In this document: one piece after another, positions 39,801 through 48,548 of the stretch | How the letters are laid out: each line of letters begins with the position of its first letter | Position numbering within the stretch: position 1 is the stretch's first letter | Assembly: GCA_963665325.3 (NCBI GenBank) | Contig: CAXXWS020000002.1 | Coordinates: 448,001 to 512,000 of the forward strand | DNA from: Alphaproteobacteria bacterium | Lineage (GTDB): Bacteria > Pseudomonadota > Alphaproteobacteria > Bin95 | Direction of reading: 5' to 3' | DNA: 64,000 nucleotides | Translations under genes and position numbers: made by a program | Notes under the pieces: generated by a model | Database searches by the model: none | Seen by the model: only the letters and a program-made list of their open reading frames with translations | Told to the model about the DNA's origin: nothing

Positions 39801-42107
39801 CATGCGGCCGAGACGGGCAAGCAGATCGCCGCGCTGGACGCCGCCGGCGACCGCATCCACGCGGTGCTGGCCGAAAAGAACTTGGCGGCGCTTCGCGAAC
39901 AGGAAGGCCTGGACACCGAAATCGCGGCGGACGCCCAGGAGCGCGTCATGTCCGTCATGCTGTCCGTCTGGAAGCTCGCCTCGGAAGGCCCGCTCGCCAT
40001 GGAGCCCAATCTCCTTCTCGGCGCGGCCGCCGGCATCTTCATTGGCGAGGCCGGCAAGGTCGGCGTGGACCTTGCCGACCGGACGCGCATCCGCTCCGGG
40101 CATGCGCTGGCGCATACGCCGGGCTCCGAGGAGGAGACGCTCGCGCTGGCAAGCCGCGGCCCCGGCCAGGATCCCAAGAAGTCCGGCGAGGCCTTCGAGC
40201 ACATGCTGACCGACGTCGAAACCAAGGAACGCGACGAGCAGTACAAGGCCCTTGCGCATCGCAGTCGCCTGCTCGACGTCATGGCCGAGACCGCTCAGAC
40301 CTTCGCCCAGGCGAGCCGCGTGGACATGCGCCGGCAGGCCGCCGCCCGCGAACGGCGCCTGACCGGGCACCTCGAGGGCGTGGCGTCCGGACCGGCCGTC
40401 CAGCGCCGCCAGGACGAGCTTCGCGCCGCCCATGGCGAGCTCATCGACAACATGTTCGGAAACCTGGCCGCCCTCTGCCCCGTGGACCATGTCTCCGCGG
40501 CCGATCCGCATCACGGCTCGTCCTCGGACCGCGACCGGCTCCTGGCCCGCTTCGCGTCCCTCTTCCGGGAGGTCGATCGCAAGATCGGGAAGCAGATCGA
40601 CCGCATCTCGGGCACCGGCAAGGACCCACGCAATACCGGCAGGCTCCGCGAAGCCGGCGCCTGGCTACGCGAGCTCGCCGGCCATGCGGAACAGGCCATC
40701 GGCAAGCATACCGGCCGCGCTCCGCTCCTCTGGAACCGGCGGGAAACGCAGACCGCCGGGGAATGGCTGATGGCACGCCAGCGCCGCGCACTTCAACTCG
40801 AGAAGGCCGAGGCGCTCGCACCCGACGGCCGCCATGTCGCCATCGTCGGAGGGCGCGACCTACACAGCCGCCATGCCGGCCGCATCGCGGAGCTGCTCAA
40901 CCGCGAGCGCGCCGCCAATTCCGGCGAGCCGCTGGTCCTGCACTGCATCGCCCGGGACGGCGCCGGGCGCTACGCCGCCGAATGGGCCGCCTCGCACGGC
41001 GTCACCTGCGTCACCCACCGCCCGCACCGCTACTCGCCGGCGCATCTCAGGCGCCGCGACGACCTGGTTCTCGGCATCCCGCCCGACACCGTCTGGAACT
41101 TCGGCGCCGAAGGCGGCCATGAACGGGCCGCAAGCATGCTTCTCGACCGCGCGAGGGAGCAGGGCGACGGCATCGATATCCGCGACATGGCCTCCGAACT
41201 GGAAGGCCCGCTCTCCGGGGATATCGTCATCGAGCCGCGCGAGCAGGTGGAACGGGACTATGCCCGCATCCATTACGCCTGGCAGAAGGCGGAGGCGCTC
41301 GCCGGCGACGGGCCGCTGATCTACCGGGAGGGCGTAGAGGAGCTCCTGCCCGATATCGCCCGCACTCTTGCCAGCCCGCATCTCGCCGGCAAGGAACGGC
41401 GTTTCCTCGACGCGTTCAAGGGCTCGATCGAGAGCGAGGTCCGGGTGCGCGACGAGATCTCCCGCGCCATCGACCGCGCCCGGGACCATCTCGCGTCCTA
41501 CGGGGCGCTGCTGGAGCGGCGCGGACCGCACCAGGCCGGCACGGTGCTCAACGACGTCGATACCGACTACCGCAAGTGGGATGTCCGGGCCGAGCTGATG
41601 GTCCAGACCTTCGACAACTGGTTCGGCACCGGCAACACGGCCCACCGCGAGCACCTGGACCGCCGGCGCCTCGACCTCACCGACCTCGGCGCCGAGCTCC
41701 GCGCCATCCGCAAGGCCGCCCGCGATCCGGAGGCCGAGCCCCACCGGGTCGAGGTCTCTGTCGAGATCGGGGTCCATTCCTGGGACCAGCTCTTCGAACG
41801 CAGGCGTTTCACCGAACTCACCCTGGAGACCCTCAAGCCCGAGGACGAGCGCAGCCCGGAAACCGTCGCCGAGTTCGCCCGCTGGTCCCGGGCCTGGCCG
41901 AAGGAAACCCAGGCGACCTTCAAGACGATCGCGACCGAGGCGGCGCGCGAGAAGGAGCAGCTTCACACCAAACGCCTCGCCGCCGGCCTCCCGCCCGGCC
42001 TCGCCGCCGGCATGCTCCACATCAGCGAGGAAATCTGGTCCTACCAGGGCGAGGAGATCATGAGGCGGCAGGCCGAGCGCAGCCGAGGCATGGGAATGTC
42101 AGCATGA
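36813..42107 (+). CDS. Polyvalent protein: DUF2493-type SLOG modules, NADAR, a further SLOG domain and a relaxase-like C-terminal domain
   Basis: SLOG ~37960-38330 (MVLHYG..KGID); NADAR ~38360-38830 (TSEHLYQA, D.FWG, GQN.LGRLWMELR); SLOG ~38970-39480 (AGIGSR.TP, SGGAKGAD, GGTG); SLOG ~40825-41190. Confidence 0.85.
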   Translation: MSDYDSSDGIAAGTADIIDNLTPGAGPGFREHDGREAGDVEMARTGVDLLFASIGSGLCPDGSVLADDRDRLLWNAVEQLRSHVGRLEARLESRLREPTEEQREQRAGDNEADGGETDVLLAQGAENTQLQRDILRRTLDHALNRYGEVVGRPWLARHGTVNTGASEHGLGNQVDASAWFAARELREPAPNIVTHVREAMEYADRKRAALRDAAGEQELLPRLEDLTFPFDAGGREETAASVAGMFQALELIFPDGTQLQDERRAGAWRTVRMFDAGAIRAAEDALRRMTDHPALGPDPAPEAAALFDEGTRESMLRVQQLSRAADAAGALYCETTGEEEWKRRDPSMTAAGGPRDRTSLTGRHYAAAGRAVALGHPAPHQLDGPNVVIVGSPDLDMVRDRETVERRLSQLHRQYPQMVLHYGARLRDAGGVDRLKGIDAIVHRWATGRGVPLVPNPPVWDAENKRFNLHARDDAWIATNPDLVVDFGGTGNAHMRFLALAREKGLGSPGQHAGPRSYETGKACVFRSTRGEWGIFNNSARLPEPISAADRAFATSEHLYQAARFRRSPEVQARIAGARSAVDAAKIGSDETNGPDADWNRRRVDAMRWVIRMKREAHPGLVDAALQKTGDREIVGSSDEDRFWGARPEDGRLVGQNTLGRLWMELRQQLREGDPLFRASAWTNPLTPDPRSAGAVAHTSEAIVTEEQAGTSRSDGEARILRWAGIGSRDTPADVLNDMTSLARRMADSGWHLFSGGAKGADTAFAAGTPADQRTIWLPKPGFEGLRGPDCRVLSPDRAQECMAIAERLHPAWDRCDDFARKAHTRNVAVLLGPNLDTPVDAVVCWTEDGKIKGGTGMGLLIAREANIPVINLATESAGSAWERLRQLQHRPPAARTATATTSATATRSRGPDPDQRREFRQQRLQASLRGMLHGLPLKRLDRPVLAELHRERARTAAEERLDSLSRDQLHDALESIEEQAGQLRAELGAGGRSGPHAAETGKQIAALDAAGDRIHAVLAEKNLAALREQEGLDTEIAADAQERVMSVMLSVWKLASEGPLAMEPNLLLGAAAGIFIGEAGKVGVDLADRTRIRSGHALAHTPGSEEETLALASRGPGQDPKKSGEAFEHMLTDVETKERDEQYKALAHRSRLLDVMAETAQTFAQASRVDMRRQAAARERRLTGHLEGVASGPAVQRRQDELRAAHGELIDNMFGNLAALCPVDHVSAADPHHGSSSDRDRLLARFASLFREVDRKIGKQIDRISGTGKDPRNTGRLREAGAWLRELAGHAEQAIGKHTGRAPLLWNRRETQTAGEWLMARQRRALQLEKAEALAPDGRHVAIVGGRDLHSRHAGRIAELLNRERAANSGEPLVLHCIARDGAGRYAAEWAASHGVTCVTHRPHRYSPAHLRRRDDLVLGIPPDTVWNFGAEGGHERAASMLLDRAREQGDGIDIRDMASELEGPLSGDIVIEPREQVERDYARIHYAWQKAEALAGDGPLIYREGVEELLPDIARTLASPHLAGKERRFLDAFKGSIESEVRVRDEISRAIDRARDHLASYGALLERRGPHQAGTVLNDVDTDYRKWDVRAELMVQTFDNWFGTGNTAHREHLDRRRLDLTDLGAELRAIRKAARDPEAEPHRVEVSVEIGVHSWDQLFERRRFTELTLETLKPEDERSPETVAEFARWSRAWPKETQATFKTIATEAAREKEQLHTKRLAAGLPPGLAAGMLHISEEIWSYQGEEIMRRQAERSRGMGMSA

Positions 42108-42427
42108 GCGCCGGCGATGCCTCCGGCGGGTCCGGTTCCTATCGAACCCTCGCCGACCGCTTCACGGAGCGCTACGAAGCCGACGATTCATGGTGGAGCA
42201 AGGTCGAGGAACGCTGGCGCGAGGACGACGAGGAAAACCGTATCCTGCTGGCACCCGTCTCGCGCACCGTCGACTATGGCGACATGGAAGGCTCCGACCA
42301 CCTCACCGTTACCTGGAAGGACGCCTCGGCCATCATCGTCACCTTCCTCGGAACCGAAGACGAGAACTGGGACTTCATCGACGATCACGGCCGGGTCCGG
42401 GGGGTCCGGCTCGACACCGGCCGGTAG
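42104..42427 (+). CDS. Small acidic protein coupled to the polyvalent gene
   Basis: ATGA overlap; 107 aa rich in D, E and W. Confidence 0.68.
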   Translation: MSAGDASGGSGSYRTLADRFTERYEADDSWWSKVEERWREDDEENRILLAPVSRTVDYGDMEGSDHLTVTWKDASAIIVTFLGTEDENWDFIDDHGRVRGVRLDTGR

Positions 42428-42858
42428 CTCCGGGCCCGGACGCCTGCCGCCGCATCCAGTGGTGGCATTGTTCCCGCTGGCGCGCCCCGGCGGCACAGGA
42501 GCCTGGCTTCCCTGGCATTTTCCTTCCCGGAAGTCGTTTCCGGGCCTGTGAACGGTCGTATCGCGACAAGTGTCGATCCTCCGTCACGGGCGATTCTCTT
42601 CCCGGCACAGACAGACGGCACCCATGACAGGCGGCCGGGCTGTTCCGGGAGATGGGATCGTCATGTCGCTGCTCGTCGGTTCCCGTCGCCCCTCGGCCTG
42701 TCATGTCCGGGTCGTGCCGTCCCTTCGTCCCGACAACGGCGCACCGGCGCGAACAGAGGCCTGATCCCATGGATGCTTGCGCGATCATGCATGACGAACC
42801 GGACCTGGAGGTCCGCTGGCAAAGCGGCGAGCCGACGGGTCTTCTGTCGGTTGTCTCG

Positions 42859-43251
42859 ATGTCGAAACCTGCGATCGTCGACCAGGCCGATCTCGAGTGG
42901 GAAGGCGGCGAGGACGCCAGCCTTGCCGCGGGAGAAGGGATTCGCTGGAAGGTGCTGATCGCCGGCGAGCGGACCGAGACCCGTGGCCTTGCCACCGGGA
43001 TTGCCGAGGTCGCACCGGGGGCGGAACTCATGTGTCACCGCCATGAGCCTGCCGAGATCTATTTCATCGTCAGCGGCCGGGGCGAGATGGAAATCGAGGA
43101 CCGGTCGCAGCCGGTGGGGCCCGGCTGTGCGGTCTACATCCCGCCCGACGTCAGGCACGCGCTGCGCTGCACCGGGGCGGAGCCACTCGTACTCGTGTTC
43201 GCCTTTCCCCGCGACCGCTTCGACGAGATCGCCTATCACTTCGAGCGCTGA
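42859..43251 (+). CDS. Cupin-domain protein resembling DddK/DddW DMSP lyases
   Basis: GIRWK.LI, G.AE.APG..L..HRH.PAEIY, YIP....HAL and FP.DRF.EI.Y motifs; start uncertain. Confidence 0.75.
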   Translation: MSKPAIVDQADLEWEGGEDASLAAGEGIRWKVLIAGERTETRGLATGIAEVAPGAELMCHRHEPAEIYFIVSGRGEMEIEDRSQPVGPGCAVYIPPDVRHALRCTGAEPLVLVFAFPRDRFDEIAYHFER

Positions 43252-43460
43252 CCTCCCCGGATAATGCGCGATTCGCGATACGCTGCCGGCGCCCGGCCGT
43301 AACCGTCAAACCGCCTGCGCATGCTCTGTCCGCAAGGGGATCGCCCGGCGGACAATGCCGGCCGCGATCCCGACCCACGCAAAACCGGGGCCCTGACTGT
43401 CTCATATGACTGGTACGGAAAGAATTGCAAAAGCGGGACCTTATCCGTACAGCTTTCCTC

Positions 43461-44135
43461 ATGACGGAAACGCTCATCGGATATGCGCGCTGCTCCACCG
43501 ACAGGCAGGATCTGGCCGCCCAGCGCCAGGCGCTCCTGGAGCTGGGCGTGGCCGAGGAGCGCATCTATACCGATCACGGCCTCACCGGCACGACCCGGCC
43601 CCGGCCCGGCCTGGACCAGGCCCTCGCCGCCGTGCGCGAGGGCGACACGCTCGTCGTGCCGAAACTCGACCGGCTGGCAAGGTCCGTCCCGGACGCCCGC
43701 GCCATCGCCAACCGGCTGTTGGAGCGCGGCGTAAAGCTGGCCCTCGGCCGGGCGCTCTACGACCCGGGCGGCCCGATGGGAAAGATGTTCTTCAACATCC
43801 TCGCCACATTCGCCGAGTTCGAGGCCGATCTCATCCGCACGCGCACCCGCGAGGGCATGGCCATCGCTCGCGCCAGGGGAAAACTGCGCGGCAAGCAACC
43901 CAAGCTGTCCGACAAACAGCAGCGGGAACTCTGTCGCATGCATGCTACCGGCGACTACTCCGTCAGCGACCTCGCCGAACTCTTCTCCGTCTCGAGGCCT
44001 ACCATCTATCGAACCCTCAATCGGCGCCGACCCCTTAGCACACATATCTGCTCCCTACCGGAATCCACCCGAGGAAACCGCCAAACCGCTCTCCCTAAAG
44101 CGCCAGGACGATCCTGCCAGTCGCCTAAGCGGTAA
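43461..44135 (+). CDS. Small serine resolvase/invertase (C-terminus extended through an IR)
   Basis: IGYARCST, KLDRLARS, AEFE..LI..RT.EG and HTH LAELFSVSRPTIYR. Confidence 0.93.
   Translation: MTETLIGYARCSTDRQDLAAQRQALLELGVAEERIYTDHGLTGTTRPRPGLDQALAAVREGDTLVVPKLDRLARSVPDARAIANRLLERGVKLALGRALYDPGGPMGKMFFNILATFAEFEADLIRTRTREGMAIARARGKLRGKQPKLSDKQQRELCRMHATGDYSVSDLAELFSVSRPTIYRTLNRRRPLSTHICSLPESTRGNRQTALPKAPGRSCQSPKR
44034..44071 (-). repeat. Degenerate 38-bp Tn3-family terminal IR
   Basis: Reverse complement CGGGTGGATTCCGGTAGGGAGCAGATATGTGTGCTAAG fits the GGGG...CTAAG pattern. Confidence 0.6.
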
Positions 44136-44182
44136 TACTCTGCTAGCCACGACCGTGACTTTCGAACTTGAGAGGCAAACTC

Positions 44183-44506
44183 ATGGGAAAACATTTCATT
44201 GCTGTCCTCGCGACAATCGTCTTCGTCGCAGGTTGCTCGACGCAGCAGGACAGGGAAGATCTCGCTGTCGAGTGGCGAAAGTGCGTGGACGGCATCGTTA
44301 TCGCCGGCTGGACATTGAACCAGGTGGCACCGTCATCCGACTTCGGAAAAACAACTGGGTTGGCTATCCGCCAGTGCGGAACCGGCGGTCTGAGCGCTGC
44401 CGAAAGGTTCAAGTATGTCGCGACCAGTCTAAAATCGATCCAAGAGAACGCTGACGGTTTCGTGCGCGAGTTCGAAGCGCGCGAGGACAAATCAAAAATC
44501 AATTGA
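44183..44506 (+). CDS. Small lipoprotein
   Basis: Signal peptide with lipobox VAG-C; GAGG RBS. Confidence 0.7.
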   Translation: MGKHFIAVLATIVFVAGCSTQQDREDLAVEWRKCVDGIVIAGWTLNQVAPSSDFGKTTGLAIRQCGTGGLSAAERFKYVATSLKSIQENADGFVREFEAREDKSKIN

Positions 44507-44566
44507 AATGCGGCTCGGTCCCAGAGCCGATCCGGGGTCGTTTACGGATGAGTGGCAAATGACACT

Positions 44567-45178
44567 CTAAGCGCCGAGCATGCGCTTGCCGTGGTCTCGG
44601 AGATTTCCCTGCGGATCGACATAGCGGTAAAGGGTGACAGGCGAGATTCCGAGTTCGCTGCACAGTTCCGATACCGACGTATCCTGATGCGCCATGGCCG
44701 CCTGGATCGTGCGGATCTGGGCCTTTGTCAGGGCGGGCTTCCGCCCGCCCTTGCGGCCGCGCGCCCGGGCCGCCCGAAGCCCGGCCATGGTCCGCTCGCG
44801 GATGAGCTCGCTCTCGAACTCCGCAAGCGCGGCGAAAATGCCGAAGGACAGCCGCCCGGCGGCGGTGGTCGTGTCGATCTGCGCGCCCTGGCCGGTGAGG
44901 ACCTTGAGGCCGACGCCGGCGTCCGAGAGCCCGGTCACGGTTTTCACCAGGTGATGCAGGCTGCGTCCCAGGCGGTCGAGCTTCCAGATGACGAGCACGT
45001 CGCCTTCGCGCAGCGCCTTCAGGCAGACATCGAGCCCCGGCCGCTCGTCCTTCTTGCCGGAGGCATGATCCGTATAGATTCGACGCTCCTCGACGCCGGC
45101 AGCGACCAGCGCGTCGCGCTGCAGGTCGAGCGATTGGCTGCCGTCGGCCTTCGAGACGCGGGCGTAGCCGATCAGCAT
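44567..45178 (-). CDS. tnpR: Tn3-family resolvase
   Basis: MLIGYARVS, KLDRLGRS, AEFE.ELIRERT and HTH; stop codon lies inside the IR. Confidence 0.92.
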   Translation of the reverse strand: MLIGYARVSKADGSQSLDLQRDALVAAGVEERRIYTDHASGKKDERPGLDVCLKALREGDVLVIWKLDRLGRSLHHLVKTVTGLSDAGVGLKVLTGQGAQIDTTTAAGRLSFGIFAALAEFESELIRERTMAGLRAARARGRKGGRKPALTKAQIRTIQAAMAHQDTSVSELCSELGISPVTLYRYVDPQGNLRDHGKRMLGA

Positions 45179-45345
45179 CTTTCACAAACGTTCGTTTGCG
45201 GAAGACCCCGACGGCGGCAGGCATCAAGCATGAAATCCGTTCCTTATCCCATCTCTAAAACAACAATACACAATCGCTGACGTTCGGGACAAAGGTCACA
45301 CGGTCCGTCGCACGCCCATCCCGAACAGGTAACCCCGCAGCGCAC

Positions 45346-45759
45346 TCAAGGAGCCGCCTGCGGAAGAACTGCAATATTCTCATCGTTGGCAGCCTTCGAC
45401 AGCGCGCGATCGAGCGTGGCCAGCATATCGCCCCGGCGCCACGCGGTTTCGAGATAGACGGCGTCGTAAGCGCTCAATGCATGTTTGCGGGCCATTTCCA
45501 GGACGACGCCGTGATCCTGGGTGTCGTCGCGTTCGAGATGCAGCATGCGCAGACGTGCCAGGCTGGAAAGACCGCGTTCTCGCGAGATGCGCCCACGACG
45601 TTCATTCACTATCAGGACACTGCATATCTCATGCCAGAAAAGGCCGGGCACGACGCCTCGTGCTGCCGCGAGGCCGTCCAGTACGAGATCGGCTGCCGGC
45701 GAACTCTCGCCTGGCAGGAACCAAGAGGCGGCAACCGAGGCATCGATGACGATCGCCAT
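45346..45759 (-). CDS. vapC: VapC PIN-domain toxin
   Basis: IVIDASV..W...E, LSAYDA.YL and LATLD..L motifs. Confidence 0.9.
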   Translation of the reverse strand: MAIVIDASVAASWFLPGESSPAADLVLDGLAAARGVVPGLFWHEICSVLIVNERRGRISRERGLSSLARLRMLHLERDDTQDHGVVLEMARKHALSAYDAVYLETAWRRGDMLATLDRALSKAANDENIAVLPQAAP

Positions 45760-45992
45760 CAGGCGCGCCCTTCCTCCTTCGCGGCCCGGATGTCCTCGGC
45801 AGAAACGCGGGGGCCTTCGGGCCGTTCCCGCTTGATGAGTTCGATAACCTCGGAAACAGGCCTGTCGATGGGAACGATGCGGGCTGCGGGAACCCCGTTG
45901 CGTGCCAGAATGACCTCCTGTCCCTCTTCAGCCTCAGCAATCAGGTGCGACAACCGCGCTTTGGCCTCTCCAATGTTGACGGTGTGAGACAT
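45759..45992 (-). CDS. Phd/YefM-family antitoxin
   Basis: VNIGEAKARLS.LI...E.G.EV...RNG.P.ARIVP; overlaps the toxin start. Confidence 0.9.
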   Translation of the reverse strand: MSHTVNIGEAKARLSHLIAEAEEGQEVILARNGVPAARIVPIDRPVSEVIELIKRERPEGPRVSAEDIRAAKEEGRA

Positions 45993-46099
45993 GCGCGAAT
46001 CTCCAAAGAATCGGGTTGACGTGAGCTTCCGATAACAGCGCGTTTTCGCTTGGTCAAGGCATGGTCCAGCGAGAGACCGGCGGTTGCCTCGGTTGGCCT

Positions 46100-46228
46100 T
46101 GTCGGGCGAGTATTCCATCAGTGATCTCGCCGAACTCTTCTCCGTCTCGCGGCCGACCGTTTATCGCACTCTCAACCGGCGACAATCCGCGTGACATACC
46201 GTCCTGTCCCTTGCCGGAATCGATTCAT
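46100..46228 (+). pseudogene. 3' remnant of a resolvase plus a decayed IR
   Basis: Encodes GEYSISDLAELFSVSRPTVYRTLNRR, paralogous to 43950-44030, followed by IR-like ccggaatcga. Confidence 0.75.
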
Positions 46229-46255
46229 GGATACTCGTCCGGCCGGGCTGGAGTG

Positions 46256-47776
46256 TCAGTCGAACAGATCGCCCGTCATATCCACCGTCGGCCACTTCCG
46301 GCGATGCCGAACCTCCTCGTAGCGTTCTTGCGCCAACGCTCGGGCATGTCGCGCTAATTTAACGTCTCGCATCCACCCGGCCTTGCGATTTTCATCGAAC
46401 AGACCGTGCATAGTCAGCCTCGCGCCCTTCCTTCCGTTGCATGGGCGGCAAAGCAGAACCCGATTCGAAATGTCGTTCTCGCCGCCGTCTGCGCGAGGCT
46501 GGACATGGTCAAGCTCCATGAACGGCGCTTCCAGCTCCCGGCCGCAACCGGCACACAGGACAAGCCCTTCGGTCACGCTCTGCGCCTCGGCCAACTCCCT
46601 CACGATCTCCGCACGCGACAGCCTCTGCCACGGCTCCAAGGGCAGAGCGCGCCTTTCAATGGTTCGTAGGAAGGACGCCGCGGTCTCGCCGTTGTCGGTG
46701 CGCTCCGGAAGCTCTTTCTCGTGATGAATGTCGCCAAATGACAAGCTGGCTCTCTCTTGCCCGTCCGGCCCGCGAAGCATCCCGTCCTTCTTCAGGCGTT
46801 CAATGACGACCTCGTACGCCTTCTCCCAAATGTCGATCCCGGTCCACTGCCTGCCGTTTTTCTCCGCCGCGACGCATGTCGTCGCGCAACCGGCGAACGG
46901 GTCAAGCACCATGTCACCGGGATCGCTCGAAGCCCGTATAATGCGCTCGTAAAGCGCAAGTGGCTTCTGTGTCGGGTATCCGGTTCGCTCTGACTTGGGT
47001 GCGCGGCCGATGTTGACAAGGACATCCCGCGCCGCAACTCCCTTGGAGTCGGACAGATAGAATTTACGGCGCGGCTGGCCATTCCGGGACCAGTGGATCA
47101 GTCCGTCCGCTTCCAGGCGCTCCAGACTCTCCACCGTGAAGCGCCAGTTCACGGCCTGAATCCCGCGCCACGTGAATTCATAGGTCTGGCCGGATACCCC
47201 GCCGCCCTTCAATGGCATGGTGGTGTAACGGCCCCGCTCATCCCGATCCCGATAGTTTTGCCTGATATATTCCGGTGTCAGCGGGTCGTATTGCTGGTTC
47301 CACACTGCGTGATCGGAATTGGTGTAGTAGAGAATTCCGTCATGAACACGCGCGTAGGACTTGGCATCGCTGCGACCTGCGGAGCGTTCCCAAATGATCT
47401 CGTTTCGGAAGTTCTTCCGTCCGAATATCGCGTCCATAACCGCTTTGAGGTAGTGAGATGCAGCATCATCGCAGTGCAGATAGATGCTGCCTGTCCGCTT
47501 CAGGATACGGCGCATTTCCAATAGCCGAACGGCCATGAAGCACATAAAGGCCCCCATGCCGTCCGAGTGTGCGTAGCGAGCGCTCTCGATAGCCTCCATG
47601 AGCCGGGGATAGTCGTCGGTGATCTGGTCAACCCAGTCCTGCTGCACGTCATCCTTCCACGACCACCGGTCCTGAAACTTTGCACCCCTGGCGAGGCTAT
47701 CTGGCGTTGCATGGAAATCCCGGCCTTTATTGAAAGGCGGGTCCGTTGCAATCAGATCCACGCACGCGCTGTTCAT
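46256..47776 (-). CDS. Beta-class N6/N4 DNA methyltransferase fused to a C-terminal HNH domain
   Basis: DPPF, YPTQKP and LDPFAGCATT motifs; then CAGC...LDHVQPR..GG.N...N...LC..CN..K. Confidence 0.9.
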   Translation of the reverse strand: MNSACVDLIATDPPFNKGRDFHATPDSLARGAKFQDRWSWKDDVQQDWVDQITDDYPRLMEAIESARYAHSDGMGAFMCFMAVRLLEMRRILKRTGSIYLHCDDAASHYLKAVMDAIFGRKNFRNEIIWERSAGRSDAKSYARVHDGILYYTNSDHAVWNQQYDPLTPEYIRQNYRDRDERGRYTTMPLKGGGVSGQTYEFTWRGIQAVNWRFTVESLERLEADGLIHWSRNGQPRRKFYLSDSKGVAARDVLVNIGRAPKSERTGYPTQKPLALYERIIRASSDPGDMVLDPFAGCATTCVAAEKNGRQWTGIDIWEKAYEVVIERLKKDGMLRGPDGQERASLSFGDIHHEKELPERTDNGETAASFLRTIERRALPLEPWQRLSRAEIVRELAEAQSVTEGLVLCAGCGRELEAPFMELDHVQPRADGGENDISNRVLLCRPCNGRKGARLTMHGLFDENRKAGWMRDVKLARHARALAQERYEEVRHRRKWPTVDMTGDLFD

Positions 47777-47963
47777 GGCGCGAAGGAAGTCAAGATTGTC
47801 CCCTTGGAAGAGGGTCCGGTTGGACCAATTCGGCCTGGCTTCATTGAGTCGGCGGTCGGCGGTCCCTTTTTCACCTTATCCCGTGCCATATCGGAGGTCC
47901 AATTCGAGTTGTTCGCGCAGCTTCGGAAATGCCCGCCGATCGACAGTCGATCAACGCAGGCGG

Positions 47964-48200
47964 TCAACCTTGTGCCGCGAGCCGGTGAGCACGGGCGCGG
48001 ACGTGTTCGGGGCGTCGGCGCAGGCGGGGATCGTGACGGCATTCCACCATCCGTCGCGGGCCGCTATCGAGGTCGGCGTCTATGCCGTGCGCTTCGAAGT
48101 AATCCCGCTCAAGCTCGCCCGCTTCGCGGGTGTTGCACTCGAACCAGAATAGCGGCCTGCCGTCAGCATCGTAGATGGTCAGCACATGCACATACATCAT
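47964..48200 (-). CDS. Small hypothetical protein
   Basis: ATGA-coupled to the upstream ORF. Confidence 0.45.
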   Translation of the reverse strand: MMYVHVLTIYDADGRPLFWFECNTREAGELERDYFEAHGIDADLDSGPRRMVECRHDPRLRRRPEHVRARAHRLAAQG

Positions 48201-48403
48201 GGATATCCGTCGCGCCTTTCCCTGTTGAGTCTGCGCCAGTCGTCGAGGCAGGCCGGGCAATACTGCCGGTCGCCTTCGGTGTTGATTTCGTCGAGCGGGT
48301 CGAGGCAGCGTTCGCAATACGGCTCGCTGAGCGGCTGTCCTGCCAGAAGGCAGGCGTCCATCTGTCGGCTGTTGGCGTCGCGCCGGTCGCGCCAGTCGGG
48401 CAT
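48197..48403 (-). CDS. Small zinc-ribbon protein
   Basis: CERC...CPAC motif. Confidence 0.5.
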   Translation of the reverse strand: MPDWRDRRDANSRQMDACLLAGQPLSEPYCERCLDPLDEINTEGDRQYCPACLDDWRRLNRERRDGYP

Positions 48404-48548
48404 TGCGTTTCGTCCGATTGCAGCCGGTGTTGCACGGCTGCGAGTTCATTGAGTTCGGTTTGCCATCGTTGCGATGAGCGGGCGAAGCAGCCGCATAGCG
48501 TAATGGGAGGTGCACAATGACGGAACTGGAAGCAATTCAAAACGCCGG

